DNA of 64,000 bases from Glycera tridactyla (Eukaryota): contig OZ286460.1 of NCBI GenBank assembly GCA_965644265.1, positions 8,866,001 to 8,930,000 of the forward strand, given 5' to 3'. This document shows, one piece after another, positions 11,710-23,902 of the stretch (within the stretch, counting starts at the first letter, position 1; every line of letters starts with the position of its first letter). The notes beneath the pieces were generated by a model that saw nothing but the letters and a program-made list of their open reading frames with translations, had not been told where the DNA came from and did not search any database. The position numbers and the translations under genes were made by a program.

Positions 11710-14700
11710 GCTGACTTCTCTAATTCAGACCACAACCACTGGTTAGCTGCCACAGATTGTCACAGAATACCCGCTAGATTGATTTGATGCACGTCTCTGG
11801 CTACAGATAGTGGCTCAGTGTGTGGTCCATTTCATCATAGCTTGATGTTCCATGAACATTACCTTGAAACCAGAGCACTTGGACACCAATATCAAGTGGA
11901 ATTTCTTATTCCAGTGTGTAACGCCACGTTTTTGACGTCGTGACGTTTGTTAGAATAACATGAACAATATAGGGATTTCTGGTAGCGGAATTCGCGGGAT
12001 TCCTCTTTTGAGGCCCGCGGCACTAGTTTTACGCTACTAGAAGGGTATAAATTCCTTTCTACTCCAGAAGCATGAGATATTTTCACTTCTCTTAGTTGAA
12101 AAATAGGTGTGATCTATTTAGCTTCCTAACATTAGTTGTTTTACCTAGAAGGCTGTTAGTGTGGCAACTAGAGTTCGAGTTACACGCGGTAGACTCGCCG
12201 TTCTCGGTGGGTGCCCAGCTTGCAGTGTTTCTAGGGTGAAACAGGGAAACTGCGATATCTCCGTGAATAATGGACGTAGGAAGGCCATATTTTTACGTGA
12301 TACGTATCTGAAGTAGGGCTAAAGATATCCCGAAGATGGGAAATGTATCTTTTGAGGCAAAATTGTTAGTCCGAGGTATAGGCCGTTTATTGGACGGGTT
12401 TTTGCCGATAGCGTTGATCACATAGTATAGTGAACGACTCCCTGAGCAGGAGGAGCTCGGAGTCGCGCAGGAGGAAAAGTGACATGTAATGTACATGGAA
12501 TGTACTTGTTTTCTCAGAAAATCTTCTGAAATAGATCTAGAAAAGTCTCGAGCGAATACATTCGAGGTAGCTGACTTGGGGAGCTTGACATCGCTCTTCC
12601 CGCTCCTTTTTCCCGCTCTTTGGTGGCTCTTCAGGACGGTTACATAAAAGTGTTCCAGACAGGAATTCTGGCACTTGGAAATTCTGTCCTGAAGAGTACG
12701 CACCGGAGCTGACGGAGTCGGAAGTTATGATCATCTAGCTTCTCCAAGATCGCTGCCTTGGACTAATATGATGGACTCCGATACACCATAGTGAGCTCTA
12801 CAACATCTAGTGAGTTTTTATGAGATTTAGAACTGTTTTAGGATCCTTTTAGGAGGCTTTTTTAGGAGTCATTATTCATATTTTCCCCATTGGCCATTTT
12901 AGTATCATGCCATTTCATGTCATCGGATCTTCCATGTTTTGTGTTGAATGTACCGTCTTTCGAGCATACGTGGTCAAAAATCTAGAATTTGCATGTTTTT
13001 GGATGTTTTGGATCATTTTGGATGATAGGATTTTGTTCCATTAATGCAGTCCTGATCCAAAACAATTAACTGATAATTCTCGTGAATATCGGTAGTTCTA
13101 GCTGTTTCTGCAAATTCCCTGTGCTGTTCCGGTGAATTTGGAACAAGTGGAACTGCGTGGAACTAGGCCGTGTTCCTCCAGTATCGTTCCCGGTCCAGTA
13201 CGCCAGTATGGGTGGAACAGGGCTATGCAGGAATTTGTAAAATTGTATTTATAGCTTGGACTCACTGAATCCTCCGGGTGAGGGAAGCTGTGTGTATGAA
13301 CTGCTAACACGTCTCAATATAGCTCTTACGGATCAGATTCTGATCATTAAAGTAATATATCGGATTTCTGTGTGAATGAGATGATTGAATCATTCAAAAT
13401 CCAATTATATTCACAGGATTTCCCAATAGGAATAAGTATGTGAAAGGAATATTTCTGTAAGATCATTTTCAGTTGTAATAACAGCAGAGATGGCTGTGTC
13501 TTTTCTCTCTGAATCTGTGTGTTTATAGACCCGGCAACTCTACCAGTCCATGTGGGCTGAGTTGAAATGAACATGTCTATCTCGGTATGACAATGGCAGC
13601 TCGCTGTCATGTGTACTAACCAGGTCACCGCTGAGGTGAACTTTGCTGCTGGTTTCGTAAATAGCACACACAGCTGATCTGTTTTCTTTAGCTTCCCTGA
13701 TCATATGAATAGAGATCCAGTCAATCTTTTCTTTTCCGAGTGAAATTCTTTATGGAAAATCGTATTTTCATTGAAACGGCTTGTTTTGAGAAGGTAATAA
13801 TCTAACGTCGTTCATATGGTGTGAAAATCTGGAATTCTTTGACGGTTAACCGATCGATTAATCGATTAATCGACCGATCAAATACGCTTCAATTTCAGTT
13901 TTCTGAATCTATTTCGGTTTGCAAAAGTTTGTTTGTGAACGATCAAATGCTAGTTTGATGGTATTTCAATTTCCATGACCACAACTGTCGTATTTGTCAA
14001 TTGAAGATCCGGTGGTATGTTTTTGGTGCTCGTACTTGTAATAGACACGTAGGGGAGACGACAAACCGAGGCTTGTTTTTGTTTACACGTAGTGCCTGCT
14101 TTTGATTCATGTGCCCGGCCTGAATTTAGACTTTTCGGAGAAGGTCCACTCTGATAAGCTTGATTCCTGTCCTAAGCGCCGTATATCCTAAGCACGGACC
14201 CGTCCTAAGCTTGCTTAGTCTTGTGTCATGTCTCTAAGTCCCGTGACCTACTTTTCGAGTAAAACCTCCGTATTGAGACCAACCTGTCACATGTAACCAC
14301 TTTGAGATTTTCGGTCTATATGATCTGTGACATCACGTTGGGCTGTATTTTCGAAGGAAAATTCTTTTGAATTGATTTTAGACCTTCAAACTGCTGTATT
14401 TGTAATTGTTTAGCTCCCGTAATGAATAAGCTGCTAAGCGCTTTCATTTGAGCTCCGAAATACTTTCTGAGCGTTCTGGAATGAACAGCTGTTTCTGACT
14501 GATCAGTCAGATGTAAACAATCCGCCATTTTGGATTTCCATCCGCCTCATGTATGAGCCTCACTTTGAGCTTCCGATCCACTTTACACTTTTCAACAAGT
14601 TTGAAACTTTTTCACTTTTGATAAAAGCTTTTAGCTGCCTTAGAATTGATCGGAATTGTTTCTCGTTATGTGCGGATTGCTTTTGTGGAACTTCAGTGTG

Positions 14701-17700
14701 CTGGCTTTAACGCTATTTGTGATTTGACAGCGCGAACTTAGCGCGTTGACTAAAACTTAGCACGGTGCTTACCGGACTTACTCATGGTCTTACCCCGTAA
14801 GCACATTTGTGTTTGAGGTTTGTGACATATGGGACTGCATGTAAATGCTTTTCGCTCTTATATTTCTTGAATTACATGACTAATTTCGACTTTAGGCATT
14901 ACTAAATGGCTTGAAATGAGTTGAAATTGGGATTTGGTGAATTTTGGAATTTGAACTTAGCACGGACTTGGTAGATCGGAACTTAGACCCCGCTGCTATG
15001 GCAGTTGTGACTTAGTGCGTTCCGGTCTATGTTAGGTAGGTCATACTCACAGTGACAGGGAGGGGGAACTTGTGTTGATTTCATATCTTGCCCCTTGCTT
15101 CGGTGAGTGGTAACTTCATCTGACTCTGTCTATAAAGACCACCTGTTCTGAGTAGATCAATTTCTCTATCTTGAATTCTTAACTTAGAATTTATTCAAAT
15201 TTTTGAATTTGATTTGATGAGAACTTGACTATTTTTGATTTTGAAAAGCGTGCTTGCTCTTTTCATGCAGACAGTTGGACTTCAACTTTTTCGCTGTATT
15301 GCTGCTGCATCATGATCCCAGCTGACTGAGAGAGGACTTGGTGTGTTCACCTTTCTAGTTCATTCCCCGTGAACTTAGCTCTCTCTGATACAGCTGATGA
15401 TATTCTAATGCCTTGTTCATTGATTGATTAACTTAGTTGGCTCAGTGCCTGCTCCGTTGATAATGGCTTAAGTGTATTGAGATTTCTTTTCAACGGTGAT
15501 ACTTGCCGATTGTCTTTTGACAATCTCTTCAACTGAATGTTGAAATATTTCGAGTAACTTGATCAATGGTAACTTGTAACTTTAATTCTTGCGCTATTTA
15601 GTTAGTGGGGAATAAAGTGGGATCCTGCCTTCCCACTATAATAGATCTGGCAACTGCAAGTAACTAAGTGCACGCAACAAACAAATAAAATCTTAGAGTT
15701 GTTTAAAGATACTATTTTGAATTAAAACTTTTTCTTATGATACTTGGACAGTTGGTAGGAGATTTTTTTCTATCTTCTTGCAGTGACCAGCACGTCTGAG
15801 ATGTCGTAACTGGAGAGGTGCGTACTCTTCAGGCCACGTTATTACCACTTCCCCATCCCGGCTTACGGAAAGCAGCTGTTGTAGGCTGTTATGCCTAATT
15901 TCTGCCAGCTGTGATGATAGTGTGTTCGACACACTAGTCCCATCTGAGATGCGTGGGTGTTAGTTACCCCATACGGTGTGATTCGTCTATCCATCACTAT
16001 GGAATAGGATACGTTTCACTAGAGGAATGGAATAATCCTCTATACTACATACTCCAACTACTTTACGCGTTCCAGTGCTCGCTGCGATCTAGTACTTGCT
16101 GAACATGCAATATACCTCCATGGTTCGTCTTCACACTTGCAACTAGGTGGCCACCATTTATATTAACTTTAAAAGTTCGATACTTCATCGTGGGTCTTTA
16201 ACCCAAACTTTCGAGTTATTATATCAAGAGTGCACTAACTATCTAGACACAGTGTCTTTGACTTTGTTTTGTTTCCAGCTAGCAACAGTGGCCACTCGTC
16301 AAGCGCTCAAGTCATCGTTGGAACAAGAGATATATATTACATACATTAAGGTTTGAATTCAAACATCAGACTCTTGGGGGATTGTGATTGTGTTATACAA
16401 TGAGGTACCTCACATTTGTCAGTCTATCATGAATATCTTGTGTACTTGTATATCATGAGTTTTCCTATTCTGATATTCACTGGTATTTATGTATCATGAA
16501 TTCAATTCCAACTGTCATGTGTAATATCTGATTCAGATCTGAATGGTTCGAAATGAAATTATTTATTGAATTGTGGGTATAATTGACTTTTGTCAACTTG
16601 ATATTGTGATATTCAATATTGTCTCATTCAATTTATGATCTGCCATTTACATATATTTATGTGAGCTTTTCACAAATTAAAATATGTATCTACAACTCTA
16701 TTTCTGTGTCTCTTATACTTTTGAACCAACAATTGAGTTCCCTGTATGAACAATGAGATGACTTTATAGATTCATGATTTCATTAGAGCTTGGTGAACGA
16801 TGGGATTCAACATGTAATACTGGTCATGCTTATAACATCTTTTAGAATAACGTATAATTTTGTGAACATCAATCCACAGGAGCAATGCCATTTATTTTGA
16901 GATTGGGATAAATGGGACAAAAGCCCGGTTTGTCTGAAACATTGCTTCCTGCTGTTCTTGATAATGGGGATTTTATCAGATCTAAACTTTTAGCCAAGGT
17001 TGCATCTTAAGGAAGAGGAGGGAATACTCCTACAAGCCTGTCGGATGACTGGTTAAATTCTATTGTCAAATTGGAAGGATTACAAGTGTAATCACAGCAA
17101 CTGTGATCACAAAAAATGTTGGCCTTCCTTTATCGATAATGTCGCAGAAAATACTTCTGCTATTGGGATTGCATCTAAGAAATGATACACAAAAATATCT
17201 AGTGATCAACACCCTTTCTGAAACGAGCCCCAGTATCTCTGAATCCAGATGACAGAGTATACATAAGGGTCCCACATACAAATTGAACGAGATACTACCA
17301 TGTATTTTTTTAAAAACTGAGGCTGATTTCAGTACTTGTTTGAATCTTTCATGGCAATGTATGCGACTGTTCAACCAAATTGTATCAGTCATGAGCTAAC
17401 TGTCTTATTGGTCAATAAGAATGAGACATTGTAATTGCAGCGATCTCAACACGGCCATCTTTAGTCGCGATAGGGCGCAGGTCAGCACATTTATACAATG
17501 AAGATTGATCCAGTTTTCTTAATTAAGTTGAGAAGTAGTGTAAGTTGAGAAGTAGTGTATCCTCTTCACCTCAACACTGGAAGTTCACGGGGCTCACGGT
17601 AGAACTTAGGAGACATTTAGAAGCTTTCAGGGAATCATTCGTTCCCTTTTGCAAATGCGATTCTGTAGTATCATCAAATGATATCATTAGATTGTGATCA

Positions 17701-18049
17701 TGTGACTATTGTATGATACCCCAATAGATTGGCAGGAGATGATGCCTACCCTTGTCCCGATTTGCGCTCATGAGAATGTGGATGGCATCCAAAACCCCAC
17801 GCGAAACCATCCCAACTCTTGTAGCATGGCCATTTTTTCTTCAGTGAAATGATGGTCATTGCACCCCAGATGAAAGCCTACTGGAGAGGTGTCAGGCTCT
17901 ATGATGCTACCCGTGGCTACCGTATTTCAAAAGTTAGTAGCCGAAGCCCCCTAGAAATTTCTCGAGGAAGTGTTCAGTAGTCCACACATTGAACCAGGAG
18001 CAGTCACAGACATTGTATCCCCACCACTTTGACAGAGGGTGATGACTCA

Positions 18050-18380
18050 ACCGCAAAACCCTGACAATATGCACTGCAGCACTTTATGATAATCATCCTT
18101 TAAAGGTTTGTATATGAAATGAATGAGGAGTTGCGCAGCCCAAGATCTACCTGCACAATTCGACAGAAGGCAATATCTTCTATTCAAGTGCGAAACCCTG
18201 ACAATATGTTCTGCAGCACTCGATGATAATCATTCTGTGAAAGTTTGGTGAAAATTGCATGTGAAATGAATGAGGAGTTGCAAGGCCCAGAAAGTGTGAC
18301 AGACAGACGGAAAGACGGATTGATGGACGCCTACAATTTCTACACCCCCTTCGCCTTTGGCTGGAGGGGGGGGGGCGGGG
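18050..18380 (+). mobile_element. HINE / DINE-1-like (Helentron-associated) non-autonomous element, 3' part
   Basis: Two internal 137-bp tandem units (18057, 18194), an AAGTTTGGTGAAAATT motif, a GACA/GACG microsatellite (~18297-18328), and a terminal stem-loop CCCCCT..AGGGGG (~18344-18370). The 5' end is not defined. Confidence 0.65.
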
Positions 18381-18461
18381 GTTGTTTCTAGTTGTTTCTA
18401 GCTTTGAGATCTATTTCTGGTGTGCACTACCTCACTGTGGATGGTATTGATGGGTCGAACA

Positions 18462-19262
18462 TACTCTTCAATACCCATGTTCCTCAGAATGTGCCCAATG
18501 TAGCAGTATACATGCTCTTCAATACCCATGTTCCTCAGAATGTGCCCAATGTAGCAGTGTACATGCTTTTCAGTACCCATGCTCCTCAGAATGTGCCCAA
18601 TGTAGCAGTGTACATGCTTTTCAATACCCATGTTCCTCAGAATGTGCCCAATGTAGCAGTGTACATGCTCTTCAATACCCATGCTCCTCAGAATGCGCCC
18701 AGTGTAGCAGTGTACATGCTTTTCAATACACATGCTCCTCAGAATGTGCCCAATGTAGCAGTGTACATGCTCTTCAATACCCATGCTCCTCAGAATGTGC
18801 CCAATGTAGCAGTGTACATGCTTTTCAATACCCATGTTCCTCAGAATGCGCCCAATGTAGCAGTGTACATGCTCTTCAATATCCATGCTCCTCAGAATGT
18901 GCCCAATGTAGCAGTGTACATGCTTTTCAATCCCCATGTTTCTCAGAATGCGCCCAATGTAGCAGTGTACATGCTCTTCAATACCCATGCTCCTCAGAAT
19001 GCGCCCAGTGTAGCAGTGTACATGCTTTTCAATACCCATGTTCCTCAGAATGCGCCCAATGTAGCAGTGTACATGCTCTTCAATACCCATGCTCCTCAGA
19101 ATGCGCCCAATGTAGCAGTGTACATGCTCTTCAATATCCATGCTCCTCAGAATGTGCCCAATGTAGCAGTGTACATGCTCTTCAATATCCATGCTCCTCA
19201 GAATGCGCCCAATGTAGCAGTGTACATGTTCTTCAATACCCATGCTCCTCAGAATGCGCCCA
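18462..19262. repeat. 51-bp minisatellite, ~15.5 units
   Basis: Unit AATACCCATGYTCCTCAGAATGYGCCCAATGTAGCAGTGTACATGCTYTTC. It explains the 17-aa-periodic ORFs 18392..19282 (+) and 18398..19243 (-). Confidence 0.97.
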
Positions 19263-21204
19263 ATTTATCATTAGAAAGGTAGATATGAGACATCGTCGCT
19301 GATCGATTCACTCAACAAAACACTGTGGCAGATAACTGATAATCTGTATACTTCTCATACTCAAAGCCTACCAATGGTAATCCATGTGTGGACAACATGA
19401 CAATAAGAGCCTGTGTCTCATGTCCTCCATCAACTCAATATCAACTCATAATCAGTCATGACTCACGCCACTCGGTAGGTTTTTTGAATCAAAAACTTTA
19501 TTTCAGTTTATCACAAAAAGCAAACATTAGAGGATCAAGGCGTTTCCCGTGGAAATAGTCGTAACGATGGATGTACATTCATACAGGCTGGTGGTGGTGG
19601 TAGCGGGGTGATGAGAGGGGGTGGGGTGGTGGTGGTGGGGGGAGGGGGGGGGGTAATGGTAGGAGGAATGGAAGGTAAACGAACCTGGGTAATAGTCCTT
19701 CTCAGAATAAGAGTCACTTTCTGGAGATGAAGAGATCGCCATGAAGACATTGAAATATTGTGTTTCCATGGTTTACACAGTAATTAACTTTGGTTGATAG
19801 TCCAAACTAATATATCTTCAACACATAACATCAATAGTGGGCCTGATCATGTCACGAACTTTCGCAAAAATCATCAGTATATTCCTGTTTTATTACACAA
19901 CACTTGATACAAGTATCTTCAGTTTGGTCATCTTTCAAAGAATGGTACAGTGTGAATAGTACATTATTGATGGAAGAGTCTGGTGAATGTGATTAGGGTG
20001 TCATACATTTCTGGCGGTGACGATTGCATCTCATCAGGTCAAAGTACATATGTCTTATTTGGACATGCTGCTCTGAGCAAATGGGCCATTGGTACCAGCA
20101 GGAGAGGAGTTGTAATCAAGTTGATGTTATAAAGATATGGCACATACCACATGCCTCCCGCGAAGGAGCCCTTGACCACCTAATTATGACGTCACAGTGA
20201 AAGCCAGCAGGTAGGATTTAGGCTGTACAATCAATTATGTGGCTGTGAACTTCACAAGGGACTGCATATTTAATATAGTAATGTTCCTTCGAAGCACATG
20301 TCCCTTTCATATATGTGCTCGCACTCGCCCAAGTTATGAAATCATTGCATATCAACTCAAAATGCTAGAAGAGTGAGGACTGATGATTTCTGCTGGACGC
20401 TACCTTTGTGTGACTTTACAGAGAAAGGTAAGAACAATATAGTCATCGGAATCCCTTTAAATGAGTGTACACAAAGATTTCAAAGACGTTGGAAGTCCTG
20501 ATGATTCATTTGCTCTTTTTGTTCGATGAAGTAATAATGAAACACTGAGCGTGACCTTTTTTCTTTAGGAACTAGCCTCACGAAATGGATCAGCCACCGT
20601 GACGGCTATTGGTTGACCTCCCCCATCTAAATGCATAGATCATAGTCGTCACTCAGATTGCCCATTGTATTGAAATGGTCTCTCAGACAGGCTCAACCTA
20701 TAGTCAGATAAGGGATGAACACTCATTTACAGGGCTCCATCAAAAGTTCCGAATGATCTATAATGCTCCCCGATTTGAATTGGGGAATTTCAATTTGTGA
20801 CTTTTATTCGATGAAGTGACAATGAGTGATTCAGTTACTGCCATTTCATGAGGCATCTATATGCGGCAATGCGATAGACTATGCTTCTTTCTTCAGGAAT
20901 TAGCATCATGGAATGGTGAGGCCACTGTGACAGCCATTAATTGACCTTCCCCAGCTAAATGTATGGACCACGCTCGTCACTCAGTGTGCTCTTTATATAA
21001 AGTAAGCATTCTCGTCATATGATCAGATAGGAGCTGAACACTGATTTCCATGGCCACACGAAAAAATGGAGGATCTAGAATGCTCCTTGGATCGAATTAA
21101 GGAGTTTTGTTGACCAACAAATCCAGGATATGGAATTCACATAAAATATATGTATCGTCCTAAATAGAACAATAGACAAAAAGCATGGAACACTTTTTGG
21201 TGAC

Positions 21205-21340
21205 TCAGAACAATGGTTGTGTGGGTGCAGCCTCGATGTTGACGATGAAGTCACCAGTTGGAATACTTTTGACGGGTGTGCCGGACGGCAGGTCATCGTC
21301 CTCGATACACTGCATACACGCTGCTACCACACGAGACATC
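21205..21340 (-). CDS. HPGD: HPGD-like SDR exon 7 (terminal, 136 nt incl. TGA)
   Basis: Acceptor CATTCCAG|G. Encodes (P)MSRVVAACMQCIEDDDLPSGTPVKSIPTGDFIVNIEAAPTQPLF*; IEDDDL resembles IEDDAL of vertebrate HPGD. The same stretch in the paralog differs mainly at synonymous positions. Total CDS 777 nt = 258 aa. The acceptor lies in the last unit of the 60-bp array. Confidence 0.85.
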
Positions 21341-21906
21341 CTGGAATGACATAACAACATCATGATACACTGCATACACGCTGCTACCACATGAGACATT
21401 CTGGAAATACATAACAACATCATGATACACTACATGCACGCTGCTACCACTCAAGACATCCTGGAAATACATAACAACATCATGATACACCGCATACACG
21501 CTGCTACCACTCACGACATTCTGGAAATACATAACAACATCATGATACACCGCATACACGCTGCTACCACTCACGACATTCTGGAAATACATAACAACAT
21601 CATGATACACCGCATACACGCTGCTACCATGCGAGACATCCTGGAAATACATAACAACATCATGATACGCTGCATACATGCTGCTACCACGCGAGACATT
21701 CTGGAACAACATAACAACATCATGATACACTGCATACACGCTGCTACCACTCACAACATTCTGGAAATACATAACAACATCATGATAAACTGCATACACG
21801 CTGCTACCACACGAGACATCCTGGAACAACATAACAACATCATGATACACTGCATACACGCTGCCACCACTCACGACATCCTGGAAATACATAACAACAT
21901 CATGAT
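21296..21906. repeat. 60-bp minisatellite, 10 units, spanning the intron 6 / exon 7 junction
   Basis: Unit (minus) ATCATGATGTTGTTATGTATTTCCAG|GATGTCTCGTGTGGTAGCAGCGTGTATGCAGTGT. Units align exactly with the 60-nt lines from 21301 to 21900. Confidence 0.97.
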
Positions 21907-22099
21907 TGATCGATTTGTTGATATGATGATCGGTTTGATGCTTGGAATTCAGCGGAATGTAACTGCCAAAAGCTTATGTATGCCATGTGCACATTGATCT
22001 GTGAAATTTTGATGCTCTGTATTCTAAAGGTATCACTCCCACAAACCCTGAACTGAAGATTGTTGTTATGTGGAAGTAGCCGACATTTGAGACTAAGAA

Positions 22100-22248
22100 A
22101 GAATGCGCCGAGTGCCGGGTACGTGGAGGCCGTAAACGGTGAGTAGCGATCCCCGGGGACGCGCGAGTGGCCGGAGGCCACGAGCGCTTTCCCGGGGATC
22201 GCTACGAGGCGTTTATGGACTCCACGTACCCAGCACGAGGAGCATTCT
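22100..22248. other. 149-nt imperfect palindrome / hairpin in intron 6 of the SDR gene
   Basis: Arms of ~72 nt pair block by block: AGAATGC/GCATTCT, GGGTACGTGGAG/CTCCACGTACCC, GTAGCGATCCCCGGG/CCCGGGGATCGCTAC, GTGGCC/GGCCAC. The blocks are separated by short symmetric mismatches. Confidence 0.9.
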
Positions 22249-23174
22249 GGACTTATCATCCGATAAATGAATAGAATAATGAATCAGCTTCAATTTGGTA
22301 TTTAGATTGTGAAAATCGGACCACTGGTTGCTGAGATATTGCGATTCTTATACAGGTATCTCTCCTAACATTTGCCGTGACGCTATACAGATCGAATGCG
22401 CGACACAACCAGTTGACCCTTGACCTCGATTGTTCTCTCGCAAATGTTTGTTATACGGACCAATCAGCATTGGCGCTTTCGCCCCACGTGACCGACTGCT
22501 CGCAATCGACTGACACGTACTGTCCATGTGAGGTACGCTCTCACATTAAACCACGGCAGCGAGGCGGGAGGGTAAGCGGCGTGAAAATACCGACTAGACC
22601 CGTTATCGGATGATAAACGCCTTTACCCACCTGTGATAGATGATGAACCTATGTTAAGACATATGATTATCATACCGGCTTAAAACTACCAGTATGATGG
22701 TATTGTACTGCAAGCAATAAGTCGTGGGTTCAACATCTATATGGAACCCAAATATTGGGTTTGAGTATTTGACACAGTTCACTGACCTGTCTTTCATCTA
22801 TCACATATTAAGCGTGAAATTGATGAAAATGTGAAAGTGTGTGTGTGTGTGTATGTCTGTGCACATGCCGTGTTTGTACATATATACTGGTGGCGAGTTA
22901 GGTGCAGACACTACGGTTCTCAACTGAGCAGCATTGTTTACAACAGTGAACGCAGGTGTGAATGGGTTCTTGGCATATAGGCAGTGATGATGATTGTAGA
23001 GTGCTAGGACCATGCAGGTAATTCTGTGTCTGTGGTTGTATACTCCCCAGGGAGATGAGTAAAGCTCAAGCTTGAACAGGCCTGCTGAGGAATGTATTTG
23101 TAAAGTCAGGTGAACTTGCTACAGATACCAGACTGTAAACCACTACATTTGCATTTACATCATTATATACTTAC

Positions 23175-23317
23175 GGCATCCATCCTCCAGACAACTGCAA
23201 GGCTTTCATAACTTCCCCTCGCTCCTCAGCCTCCCAGGCTGTCCGTGTCAACTCAGTTTTCACACACCCCGGACACAGGATTGTAAATCGCACACCACTC
23301 TCCTCACCAAGCATTGC
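23175..23317 (-). CDS. HPGD: HPGD-like SDR exon 6 (143 nt, ends phase 2)
   Basis: Acceptor TATGTAG|GCA, donor GCC|GTAAGT. Encodes AMLGEESGVRFTILCPGCVKTELTRTAWEAEERGEVMKALQLSGGWM(P) with the SDR CPG motif. Confidence 0.92.
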
Positions 23318-23825
23318 CTACATACAATCAATCAATCAATCAATCAGTCAGTCAATCAATCAGTCAAAAAGAGTATTGTGGTATATACAGGGTCTACAAG
23401 TAATGAATTCATACATACAGACATGTCTCCCATGTAACAAGATGACAGACGCTTATGGTGGACAGTAATTGATCAATAAATTGAGTAATAGTTCTTCGAT
23501 CAAACAATGGTATATTCAATCTCAATTTTAACTTAATTTCGATCATGTGATCGGATAATTAGGGAAAAGAACTCGATCATTTTATCAATTATTATTGGAT
23601 TGATTACATAATTAAAACGCTCATTCGGTTTGTCAGTCATTTAGACAGTCAGTCAATGCCTCCCTATCATCCATGTTTTCTGGGTTTGCAGGATAGAGAT
23701 TTGGATCAGATCACATGCAGAATCAGATTTTGTCAGATATTCCAATCACCTCGGACTGATAGTATGTGCACTCTAATCCAAAGTCAAGAGTGGCTATAAC
23801 AAGTGTTATGTGAGGGATAACTTAC

Positions 23826-23902
23826 GGCGAGTCCACGTGAATAAACCATCACAGCATGTTTGGAAGCATGGTATTCAGGAGAGCCAGGATACGTGTATAA
23901 AC
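23826..23902 (-). CDS. HPGD: HPGD-like SDR exon 5 (77 nt, catalytic YxxxK)
   Basis: Not in the ORF track. Acceptor TTTTTGACAG|GT, donor GCC|GTAAGT. Encodes (G)LYTYPGSPEYHASKHAVMVYSRGLA. Phases fit exons 4 and 6. Confidence 0.93.

Noticed and set aside
11917-16341. Full-length LTR retrotransposon
   Set aside because: The two ends do not share LTR sequence, there is no TSD, and no gag/pol motifs were found. It is kept only as an unclassified segment.
23065-23132. Alternative SDR terminal exon just after exon 6 (TTTACAG|TCTGGTATC...)
   Set aside because: The peptide LVSVASSPDFTNTFLSRPVQA* has no SDR similarity and no counterpart in the paralog, unlike 21205-21340.
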